Below are positions 38,750 through 47,323 of a DNA stretch of 64,000 nt, piece after piece. Position numbers and translations under genes: made by a program. The stretch's first letter is position 1. Every line of letters starts with the position of its first letter. Source of the DNA: an uncultured Prevotella sp. (GTDB lineage: Bacteria; Bacteroidota; Bacteroidia; Bacteroidales; Bacteroidaceae); NCBI GenBank assembly GCA_963545855.1, contig CAUULA010000001.1, positions 9,518 through 73,517 of the forward strand, read 5' to 3'. Below the pieces are notes generated by a model, which had not been told where the DNA came from, made no database searches, and saw only the letters and a list, made by a program, of their open reading frames with translations.

Positions 38750-38810
38750 TTACAAGCCGCTTATAACAGGATTACACACGGTTTGTAACGACATTACACG
38801 CTGCTTGTAA
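38750..38810. repeat. 22-bp-period palindromic array (family A), 3 units
   Basis: TTACA at 38750, 38772, 38794; right arms TATAA, TGTAA, TGTAA; spacers CAGGA, CGACA. Confidence 0.92.
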
Positions 38811-38920
38811 TCGTCGTGGAAGCGGTAGCTGTCAGAAAGCCTTTCGGCAAATCTCCGCGTGGTAGATGGCCGGATGGTCGTGGTTGAGTCTTGAGACATG
38901 ACGGGGGAGGGCACCGCGGC

Positions 38921-39136
38921 CTAATATCCGCCTCGTTTCTTCATGGTCTTGTAGAGGAATACGACGCCTGTCAGGATGCCGGCCAGTCCAATGAGAAGAA
39001 GGTTGTCCTTGGCGTTCGGGGCAGATACGAAGAGAGTGATGACGAACAGCATCACGCCCAGGCCAAGCGCCGTCAGGCCGATTATTTTGCTGTTCTGGGT
39101 AAGCACCATGCCGATTTTTCGTAATAGAGTCTTCAT
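38921..39136 (-). CDS. Small hypothetical membrane protein (2 TM)
   Basis: Two hydrophobic helices; -7 element at 39145-39152 places the start at ATG 39136. Confidence 0.7.
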   Translation of the reverse strand: MKTLLRKIGMVLTQNSKIIGLTALGLGVMLFVITLFVSAPNAKDNLLLIGLAGILTGVVFLYKTMKKRGGY

Positions 39137-39240
39137 ATCGGCAACAAAAATACGAAAAAGTTTGCTCATATCAAAAAAAAACAGTACTTTTGCACCGCAT
39201 TTTGCAAAAAGTAGTTTTACACAATTAATTATTAATTAGA

Positions 39241-39585
39241 ATGAATCAATACGAAACCGTTTTCATTTTGACTCCCGTTTTGTCTGATGAACAGATGAAG
39301 GAAACGGTCGCTAAATTCAAGAAACTGCTCACCGACAACGGTGCGGAGATCCTGAACGAGGAGGCCTGGGGACTGAAGAAACTGGCTTACGCCATCGAAA
39401 AGAAGACATCAGGCTTCTATTGCCTGTTCGAGTACAAGGGCGAGCCCACCATCGTAGGGACTCTCGAGAAGGGCTTCCACCGCGATGAGAAGGTGATCCG
39501 TTACATGACTGTTAAACTTGACAAGTATGCTGCAGCTTATGCTGAGAAGCGTCGCGACAAGTGGGCTAAAAAACTGGAGGCATAA
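39241..39585 (+). CDS. rpsF: 30S ribosomal protein S6
   Basis: [30 protein letters not shown] at 39185. Confidence 0.97.
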   Translation: MNQYETVFILTPVLSDEQMKETVAKFKKLLTDNGAEILNEEAWGLKKLAYAIEKKTSGFYCLFEYKGEPTIVGTLEKGFHRDEKVIRYMTVKLDKYAAAYAEKRRDKWAKKLEA

Positions 39586-39588
39586 ATT

Positions 39589-39861
39589 ATGGCAGAGCAG
39601 AACAAATCAGAAATTCGTTATTTGACAGCTCCTTCTATTGACACGAAGAAGAAAAAGTATTGCCGTTTCAAGAAGAGCGGCATCAAGTATATCGACTATA
39701 AGGATCCTGAGTTCCTGAAGAAATTCCTGAACGAGCAGGGCAAAATCCTTCCGCGCCGTATCACCGGGACATCTTTGAAGTACCAGCGCCGCGTAGCACA
39801 GGCCATAAAGCGTGCCCGCCAGATAGCCCTGCTTCCTTATGTAGCTGACATGTTGAAGTAA
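39589..39861 (+). CDS. rpsR: 30S ribosomal protein S18
   Basis: [21 protein letters not shown]. Confidence 0.97.
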   Translation: MAEQNKSEIRYLTAPSIDTKKKKYCRFKKSGIKYIDYKDPEFLKKFLNEQGKILPRRITGTSLKYQRRVAQAIKRARQIALLPYVADMLK

Positions 39862-39879
39862 TAAAGAGGAGGAGATAGA

Positions 39880-40428
39880 ATGGAAATTATACTGAAGGAA
39901 GATATTATCGGACTTGGATATAAGAACGAAATCGTGAATGTGAGGAACGGCTATGGCCGTAACTATCTCATCCCGACGGGTAAGGCTGTCATCGCTTCGC
40001 CGTCTGCAAAGAAGGTGCTTGCGGAAAATCTGAGACAGCAGGCTGCCAAGATCGCGGCTGCCAAGGCCGAGGCTGAGAAGAGGGCCGAGGCATTGAAGGA
40101 TGTCGCCCTCGAGATTGCGGCCAAGGTTGGTGCTACCGGTCAGCTCTACGGTTCGGTGAATGCTGCGACCGTAGCCGGGGAACTTGCCAAGAAGGGCATC
40201 GAGGTAGACCGCAAGATTATCACCATGCGCGACGCTAAACGCATAGGCGATTACGAGGCTACCGTTCACTTCTACAAAGATGTAGAGGTGAGAATCCCCG
40301 TTAAGGTTGTTGCCGAGAATGCTCCCGTTGCCGCTCCGGCAGTAGAGACTGCTCCCGAGGAAGCTCCTGTGGAGGCTCCTGTAGCGGAAGAGCCCGTAGC
40401 CGAAGAAGAGGCTCCTGCGGCTGAATAA
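39880..40428 (+). CDS. rplI: 50S ribosomal protein L9 with acidic C-terminal tail
   Basis: MEIILKEDI..LG, GYGRNYLIP, LYGSV. Confidence 0.97.
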   Translation: MEIILKEDIIGLGYKNEIVNVRNGYGRNYLIPTGKAVIASPSAKKVLAENLRQQAAKIAAAKAEAEKRAEALKDVALEIAAKVGATGQLYGSVNAATVAGELAKKGIEVDRKIITMRDAKRIGDYEATVHFYKDVEVRIPVKVVAENAPVAAPAVETAPEEAPVEAPVAEEPVAEEEAPAAE

Positions 40429-40477
40429 TCAGCACAAATTGAGAATATATTTTCGCACTGTAAAGCAAATCTATATT

Positions 40478-40515
40478 AAATCCCGGTTACCGAGGTGGTA
40501 ATTGGGATTTTTTTT
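40478..40515 (+). terminator. Intrinsic terminator of rpsF-rpsR-rplI, abutting the fabD -7 element (40518-40525)
   Basis: AAATCCCGGTTACC-GAGGT-GGTAATTGGGATTT plus T run. Confidence 0.75.
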
Positions 40516-40557
40516 CGTATCTTTGCACCATTGAAAGAAATATTAAAAACAGAAAGA

Positions 40558-41445
40558 ATGAAAGCATTTGTATTCCCCGGACAGGGTTCGCAGTTCGTAG
40601 GCATGGGCAAAGACCTCTACGCGACAAGTCCTTTGGCAAAGGAGTTATTTGACAAGGCCGATGCCATTCTCGGCTTCAAGATTACGGAAATCATGTTTGC
40701 CGGTACCGATGAGCAGCTCAAGGAGACCAAGGTTACGCAGCCGGCGGTATTCCTCCACAGCGTTATTTCCGCGCTCTGCATGGGCAAGGCCTTCGAGCCT
40801 TCGATGGTTGCAGGCCATTCATTGGGCGAATTCTCCGCCCTCGTTGCTTCCGGGGCGTTGAGCTTTGAAGACGGTCTGAGACTGGTTGCCGCCCGTGCCA
40901 ATGCCATGCAGAAAGCCTGTGAGGCTAATCCCGGAACGATGGCTGCCATTATCGGTCTGTCCGACGGGCAGGTCGAGGAGATATGCAAAGAGGTAAGCGC
41001 AGGGGGCAAAGTGGTCATTCCCGCTAACTATAATTGCCCCGGTCAGCTTGTTATTTCGGGCGATGTAGAGGCTGTCAACGCCGCTTGCGAGAAGTTGAAA
41101 GAGGCCGGAGCAAGGCGTGCGCTGCCCTTGAAGGTGGGCGGAGCTTTCCATTCTCCATTGATGCAGCCGGCTCAGGAAGAGCTTCAGGAGGCCATCGAGA
41201 CGACCAGCTTCAATACTCCGAAGTGTCCGGTATACCAGAATGTGGATGCCAAGCCCCATACCGACCCGGCAGAAATCAAGCAGAACCTCATCGCACAGTT
41301 GACAAGCAGCGTCCGTTGGACAGCCAGCGTACAGCAGATGATTGCCGACGGAGCAGACGACTTCACGGAGTGTGGTCCCGGTCAGGCACTGCAGGGCATG
41401 ATAGGACGCATTGACCGCAATGTTGCCGTCCACGGTATCGCATAG
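40558..41445 (+). CDS. fabD: Malonyl-CoA:ACP transacylase
   Basis: FPGQGSQ, GHSLGE, GAFHS; start ATG 40558. Confidence 0.95.
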   Translation: MKAFVFPGQGSQFVGMGKDLYATSPLAKELFDKADAILGFKITEIMFAGTDEQLKETKVTQPAVFLHSVISALCMGKAFEPSMVAGHSLGEFSALVASGALSFEDGLRLVAARANAMQKACEANPGTMAAIIGLSDGQVEEICKEVSAGGKVVIPANYNCPGQLVISGDVEAVNAACEKLKEAGARRALPLKVGGAFHSPLMQPAQEELQEAIETTSFNTPKCPVYQNVDAKPHTDPAEIKQNLIAQLTSSVRWTASVQQMIADGADDFTECGPGQALQGMIGRIDRNVAVHGIA

Positions 41446-41485
41446 TGGGAGAAAGGCTCAGCCCCTCTCTTTTCAGGGCTTCTCC

Positions 41486-43150
41486 ATGAAAAAGATCATT
41501 ATTTATCAATTGTTTACACGCCTTTTCGGCAACCGTAACCTCACGCGTAGAGCATGGGGGACAGTTGCTGAGAACGGTTGTGGCAAGTTTGCCGACATCG
41601 ACGAGCCGACCCTCAGGCAGATAAAGAGTCTTGGTGCGACCACCGTGTGGTATACCGGCGTTATCCGCCATGCCTCCCAGACAGACCATTCTCTATACGG
41701 AATCCCGTGCCAGCATGCGGAAATTGTAAAGGGAAAGGCGGGCTCTCCCTATGCCATTGCCGATTATTATGATGTCGACCCTGATCTGGCCGTCGATGTT
41801 TCTCGCCGCATGGAGGAATGGGAAGCCCTGATAGAGCGCACCCACCGGGTCGGGCTTGATGTCATTATGGACTTCGTTCCCAACCATGTGGCACGCGAAT
41901 ATCGCTCCGTTTGTCGGCCGGAGGGCGTGCAGGATCTTGGTGAGAATGATGACATGAGCATGCACTTCTCGCCCGCGAACAACTTTTATTATTGCTGGGG
42001 GCAGCCTCTTGACCTCTCGAATGTGGTCTCCGGACCGGAAGTTTCCTATCGGGAACAACCGGCAAAGGCTACGGGCAACGACCGCTTTGATGCCTGCCCG
42101 GGACGAAACGACTGGTATGAGACCGTAAAACTCAACTACGGCATTGACTACTGTGATGCGGGAGGCCGCTCGGAGCACTTCGATCCGATACCCGACACTT
42201 GGCTGAAGATGACGGAAATCCTGCTTTTCTGGGCCTCAAAGGGAGTCGACGGCTTTCGCTGCGATATGGCAGAGATGGTGCCGCCACAGTTCTGGAGCTA
42301 TGCTACGGCAAGGGTGAAGGGGCTCTTTCCTGACATGAAGTTTATCGGTGAGGTTTACAATCCCGGCCTTTACACGACCTATATTTCGGCCGGATTCGAC
42401 TATCTCTATGACAAAGTGGGGATGTACGACTGTCTCCGGGATGTGGTCTGCGGGCACCGACCGGCCTCAGACATATCCCGTCAATGGCAACAGACCGATG
42501 GAATCCTCGACCATATGCTCTATTTTCTGGAGAATCATGATGAGCAGCGCATTGCTTCCGACTTTTTCTGCGGAAACACAAGGGCAGCAGTCCCCGCCCA
42601 TATCGTGGCGTGCCTGCTCGGCAGGAACCCTTATATGCTCTATGCCGGACAGGAGTTTGGCGAGCGGGGCATGGACAACGAGGGTTTCTCTGGCGTGGAC
42701 GGGCATACCACCATCTTTGATTATTGGGCTCTGGACACCCTTCAGAGGGGGTATTTCAAGGCCGGAAAGCTCACGGGAGAGGAGTCTGAATTGCGTGGAA
42801 TCTATCAAAAGGTGATGCGGCTGGCCACCACGGAGAGGGTGTTTACTGACGGCGAGATGTTCGACCTGATGTATGTAAACCCGCAGCTTGCCGACCGACA
42901 GTATGCCTTCCTTCGTAAGACGGGTAACAGACTGGCACTCGTCGTCGTGAATTTCTCGGCCTCGGATGTACAAGCAGAGGTCAGAATTCCCTCGCATGCC
43001 TTTGATTTCCTGAAGATAAAAGAAACGAAAACTACTGCCGTAGAACTTCTTACGAAGCAGAAAGTAGAGCTTGAACTGAAGGCTGAGGGCCTTCTGAATA
43101 CCAAGGTTCCTGCCTATGGAGGCGTCATCTATAAAATGCAGCTATCATGA
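41486..43150 (+). CDS. Alpha-amylase family glycoside hydrolase (GH13)
   Basis: DFVPNH, DGFRCDMAE, GEVY, FLENHDE catalytic regions; start ATG 41486. Confidence 0.9.
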   Translation: MKKIIIYQLFTRLFGNRNLTRRAWGTVAENGCGKFADIDEPTLRQIKSLGATTVWYTGVIRHASQTDHSLYGIPCQHAEIVKGKAGSPYAIADYYDVDPDLAVDVSRRMEEWEALIERTHRVGLDVIMDFVPNHVAREYRSVCRPEGVQDLGENDDMSMHFSPANNFYYCWGQPLDLSNVVSGPEVSYREQPAKATGNDRFDACPGRNDWYETVKLNYGIDYCDAGGRSEHFDPIPDTWLKMTEILLFWASKGVDGFRCDMAEMVPPQFWSYATARVKGLFPDMKFIGEVYNPGLYTTYISAGFDYLYDKVGMYDCLRDVVCGHRPASDISRQWQQTDGILDHMLYFLENHDEQRIASDFFCGNTRAAVPAHIVACLLGRNPYMLYAGQEFGERGMDNEGFSGVDGHTTIFDYWALDTLQRGYFKAGKLTGEESELRGIYQKVMRLATTERVFTDGEMFDLMYVNPQLADRQYAFLRKTGNRLALVVVNFSASDVQAEVRIPSHAFDFLKIKETKTTAVELLTKQKVELELKAEGLLNTKVPAYGGVIYKMQLS

Positions 43151-43617
43151 ACGACGACTTTATCTTGAACGAACATCACAAGGAAGAATTCCCTCCGGCA
43201 CATACGGCAGAGCATCTGCTTAATCAACTGATGATAAGAATGTTCGGATGTGAGCGCAGCAGGAATGCTCACATTGAACGAAAGAAGAGTAAAATCAGCT
43301 ATATCCTCGACCATAAGCCCTCCCGACAGGAAGAGCGCGAGATAGAGCGGGGAATGAATGAGCTGATAGAGGAGGATATGCCGGTAACTTTCGAATTCGT
43401 GGATCGCGACCATATTCCCGACGAGGTAAAGCTGGACAGGCTTCCTGCCGATGCTTCCGAGATGCTTCGCTTGGTGCGGATAGGCGACTACGATGTCTGC
43501 CTCTGCATAGGGAAGCATGTACGCAGCACCGCACAGATTGGCCGGTTTGAGATGCTTGGCACAAACTGGGATGAGCAGGAACACAGTTTCCGGATAAGAT
43601 TTAAGGTGATACAATAG
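43147..43617 (+). CDS. Free-standing AlaX/ThrRS-SAD type tRNA editing domain protein
   Basis: HTAEH and CIGKH zinc-binding motifs, RLVRIGDYD. Confidence 0.8.
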   Translation: MNDDFILNEHHKEEFPPAHTAEHLLNQLMIRMFGCERSRNAHIERKKSKISYILDHKPSRQEEREIERGMNELIEEDMPVTFEFVDRDHIPDEVKLDRLPADASEMLRLVRIGDYDVCLCIGKHVRSTAQIGRFEMLGTNWDEQEHSFRIRFKVIQ

Positions 43618-43652
43618 ACAAAGCCAATAACACCAACTTAATTAACCTTACA

Positions 43653-46600
43653 ATGAAAACGACCTTAATAACCATGCTCCTTATCTTGTCAGGAGCTTTT
43701 CCGCTATCCGCGCAGACGAGTGAAGGCTTGTATCGGGGGTTCTTGAATCCCGACAAGGCGGCGCGCCCGCGTGTCTGGTGGCATTGGATGAACGGCAACA
43801 TTACCAAGGACGGTATCCGGAAAGACCTCCATTGGATGAAGCGTGCCGGCATCGTAGGCTTTCACAACTTCGACGCGGGCCTCGAGACGCCGCAGATCGT
43901 GAAGCGTCGATTGGCGTATATGACCCCCGAATGGAAAGATGCCTTCCACTATATGCTCACCGTGGCCGACAGTCTGGATATGGAAGTAACCGTTGCCAGC
44001 AGCCCGGGATGGAGCGAGACGGGCGGTCCTTGGGTAAAGGACGAAGACGGAATGAAGAAGATTGTCTGGCGGGAAATGGACATCCGGGGTGGCCGGGAGC
44101 TGCAATTGCGGCTCCCCGAAGGCTTTGATGTTACCGGGCAGTTTCAGGATTACCACATGGCTTCCGACTATATCTCGCAGGTTTTCATGTCGCGTAAGTT
44201 CTATCGCGACATTGCGGTGCTGGCGGTGAGGGTCGGCGAGAGCGATGTTCCGATGCAGGACCTGCGTCCGGCGGTAACTGCCAGCGGCGGTCGGGTAACC
44301 TTGGAGCAGCTCTGCAACGACAGTATTTCAGACGGGGCTGTCATTGTTGCCGACAAGAACGGCGACTCGTGGGTGCAGGTGGAGTTTGCCAAAGCGCAGA
44401 CCATCAAGTCTCTCCGCTGGTCGGGAGTTGCCTCGAATGGCAACATTCAGGCGTTGTCCTATTCTCTTTCGGCAAGTGATGACGGGAAGAACTTCAAGAA
44501 GATAACCGACTTGGGCTATCAGGGCTGTGTAGAGAAGACGGCAAACATCCCGGCGACAACGGCCAAGTGTTTCCGTCTGAACATCAAGAACTCTGCCACC
44601 GACTCGTCTCTGATATCCATGCTACGGCTTTTCCCCGTGAACCGGGTGGAGCTCTCTGCCGACAAGGCTGCCTTTGCCTTCTATCGCTATGCCAGTTCGG
44701 CCTATACTCCGACGACCTCGGATGCCGTCCCCATCGGCAATGTCGTCGATGTAACGCGCTATGTGAAGGACGGGGTGCTGACTTGGAGAGCGCCGGAAGG
44801 TCGCTGGCGCATTTATCGCATAGGCTATGGCCTGACGGGAAAGACCAATCATCCGGCAAGCCTTGAGGCCACCGGACTGGAAGTGGACAAGCTGGATCCC
44901 GAGGCTATCCGGACCTATTACAAGAATTACCTGAACACTTATCTCGACGCCTCGCAAGGAATGGTGGGCAAGAAAGGCATCCGGTATATCCTTACGGACA
45001 GCTATGAGGCCGGGCCACAGACATGGACAGCCAGAATGAAGGAGGAATTCCTGCGTCGCCGGGGCTATGACCTGACGCCGTGGATGCCGGCCTTGCTGGG
45101 GCTGGTCGTCAACAGTGCCGAGGAAACCGATCGCTTCCTTTTCGACTGGCGGATGACTATCGGCGAGATGATGGCGGAGTATCATTATGATATGTTGAAC
45201 GATATACTGAAGGAATACGGGCTGAAACGCTATTCGGAGTCGCACGAGGCATGGCGTGCGAACATGACCGACGGCATGGACTGCAAGCGCACGGCAGACA
45301 TCCCCATGTCGGCCATCTGGATGCGCTATAACCAGAAGAAACTGTCGGAACCGCAGTTTGAGGCAGATATCCGTGAGTCGGCATCGGTGGCTCACATCTA
45401 CGGGCAGAACATTGCGGCAGCAGAGTCGTTTACGACCAATGGTTATCGCGACGGAGCTCTGGTCTATTCGCCGTCGGTGCTGAAGCCTACGGCCGACGCA
45501 GCAATGGCCTGCGGCCTGAACCGTTTCGTCATCCATACATCGCCCCATCAACCCGTGGACGACAAGTTTCCGGGTATCGGGCTGGGCGTCTACGGCCAAT
45601 GGTTCGACCGGCATGAGACATGGGCCAACCAGGCAGCAGCCTGGACAGACTATCTCTCCCGCAGTTGCTACCTGTTGCAGCGAGGGCGCTTCGTGGCGGA
45701 TATTGCTACCTATTACGGTGAAGACAGCAACATCACGGCGCAATATATGATTCGCTTCCCCAGTTGTCCGCAGGGCTATGCCTTCGATTTCGTGAGTCCG
45801 TCGGCATTGAAGGATGTCCTGAAGGCGGAGGACGGGAAGCTTCTGACGGCTTCAGGCATGCAGTATCGGGTGCTTCAGCTGACGAATGTGGCCCGGATGT
45901 CGCTTCCCGTGCTTCGTAAGATAGCAGAGCTGGCCGAGGCCGGTGTCGTCGTCTGTGGCGACAAGCCGGGTCAGTTGGCCGGCAGGGAGGGGTCTCCGGC
46001 AGAGTTCCGGGCATTGGTCGACAAGATATGGAATGCCCGGCGTGGAAATGTCTTTACGGGAATGCCCCTCGAGCAGGTCCTTGCCAAAAGGGGAATGGAG
46101 CCCGATGTCGACTTCCTCGGCAGCAAGGCTAATCTGCGCTATGTGCATCGGCATCTGCCGGAAGGGGAGATTTACTGGATGGCCAACCAGACCCCTGACG
46201 CACAGCGGCTGAAGGTTTCCTTCCGCATATCGGGCAAGAAGCCTCAGATATGGCATGCCGACACCGGCATAAAGGAATCTGCAAGCTATGAGATAGTGGG
46301 AGGCCGCACGGTGATGGAGCTGCAGTTTAGCCCCTATGACGCGCAGTTCATTGTCTTCGTAGACGATACGGATGTGCCGTCCGTTCGCTTGCCGGAAATC
46401 CCCAAGGCCGTCGTCGCCGAGATTCATACGCCATGGGAGGTGAAGTTCCAGCGTCAGCGGGGCGCGCCCGAAGGGATGGCCTTAGACACTCTGACCTCCT
46501 ATACAGCGTCTTCTGACGAGGGGGTCAAGTACTTCTCGGGTACCGCGACCTACACCAATGCCTTCAACCTCAGCAAGAAACTCTTCAGGCGGAAAGCCCG

Positions 46601-46901
46601 TCCGAAGCGTATCGTCCTTGATTTGGGCGATGTGAGGGATTTGGCCGAAGTCTATGTGAACGGCCGGAAACAGGGAGTGGCGTGGCGTGCGCCGTTCCGG
46701 ATGGATGTTACCGATGCTGTGAAGCCCGGCCATAATTCGTTGACGGTGAAGGTGGTCAATGTCTGGCACAACCGTCTGGTGGGCGATGTGCAGCCCGGCT
46801 CACGGCCGGTGGCCTGGACTCAGGTGCAGTTCTACAAACCCGACGAGCCTCTTCTGGAGGCGGGTTTGCTGGGTCCGGTAAAGATAGAAGCTGAATATTA
46901 G
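43653..46901 (+). CDS. Alpha-L-rhamnosidase-like glycoside hydrolase (GH106)
   Basis: RPRVWWHWMNGN, SPGWSETGGPW, DSYEAG, AAAESFT; signal peptide. Confidence 0.85.
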   Translation: MKTTLITMLLILSGAFPLSAQTSEGLYRGFLNPDKAARPRVWWHWMNGNITKDGIRKDLHWMKRAGIVGFHNFDAGLETPQIVKRRLAYMTPEWKDAFHYMLTVADSLDMEVTVASSPGWSETGGPWVKDEDGMKKIVWREMDIRGGRELQLRLPEGFDVTGQFQDYHMASDYISQVFMSRKFYRDIAVLAVRVGESDVPMQDLRPAVTASGGRVTLEQLCNDSISDGAVIVADKNGDSWVQVEFAKAQTIKSLRWSGVASNGNIQALSYSLSASDDGKNFKKITDLGYQGCVEKTANIPATTAKCFRLNIKNSATDSSLISMLRLFPVNRVELSADKAAFAFYRYASSAYTPTTSDAVPIGNVVDVTRYVKDGVLTWRAPEGRWRIYRIGYGLTGKTNHPASLEATGLEVDKLDPEAIRTYYKNYLNTYLDASQGMVGKKGIRYILTDSYEAGPQTWTARMKEEFLRRRGYDLTPWMPALLGLVVNSAEETDRFLFDWRMTIGEMMAEYHYDMLNDILKEYGLKRYSESHEAWRANMTDGMDCKRTADIPMSAIWMRYNQKKLSEPQFEADIRESASVAHIYGQNIAAAESFTTNGYRDGALVYSPSVLKPTADAAMACGLNRFVIHTSPHQPVDDKFPGIGLGVYGQWFDRHETWANQAAAWTDYLSRSCYLLQRGRFVADIATYYGEDSNITAQYMIRFPSCPQGYAFDFVSPSALKDVLKAEDGKLLTASGMQYRVLQLTNVARMSLPVLRKIAELAEAGVVVCGDKPGQLAGREGSPAEFRALVDKIWNARRGNVFTGMPLEQVLAKRGMEPDVDFLGSKANLRYVHRHLPEGEIYWMANQTPDAQRLKVSFRISGKKPQIWHADTGIKESASYEIVGGRTVMELQFSPYDAQFIVFVDDTDVPSVRLPEIPKAVVAEIHTPWEVKFQRQRGAPEGMALDTLTSYTASSDEGVKYFSGTATYTNAFNLSKKLFRRKARPKRIVLDLGDVRDLAEVYVNGRKQGVAWRAPFRMDVTDAVKPGHNSLTVKVVNVWHNRLVGDVQPGSRPVAWTQVQFYKPDEPLLEAGLLGPVKIEAEY

Positions 46902-46949
46902 GATAAGGTATGAAAAAGAGAGGACACCGGCCAAGTATCTTTCGTCGTA

Positions 46950-47032
46950 TTACATATAGTCTGTAATAGGATTACACGCCGTTTGTAATGCGATTACTCA
47001 TTACGAGTAATCGCATTACTCGTTATGGGTAG
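46950..47032. repeat. 22-bp-period palindromic array (family A), 4 units, last two variant
   Basis: TTACA at 46950, 46972; TTACT at 46994, 47016; perfect 15-bp inverted repeat 46985-46999/47005-47019. Confidence 0.9.
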
Positions 47033-47323
47033 TCCTGCTGTCTGCCACAGGCAGTTTTTACTTGGGATATTCTGAGTTCTCCTTTCACCTGTATATCCAT
47101 AGGCTCTCTGTATTTGGCGGCGGCAGTTGATGTCATGAAGTGCAATTCGTAAAAAAGTTTTGTAAAATCGTAAAAAAAGCAAGGGAAATCTTGGTAATGA
47201 TAAAATAAAATGCTAAATTAGAAGCAGAATGGAAGGAGTGAGATGCTTTTCGTACTGAACATGGTGATATTTCTTGAAGTTATCAACCTGACATGATATT
47301 AACAAACCTAATATTTAGCTATT

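Noticed and set aside
43653..46901. Polysaccharide utilisation locus around GH13/GH106
   Set aside because: No susC/susD pair or PUL regulator adjacent
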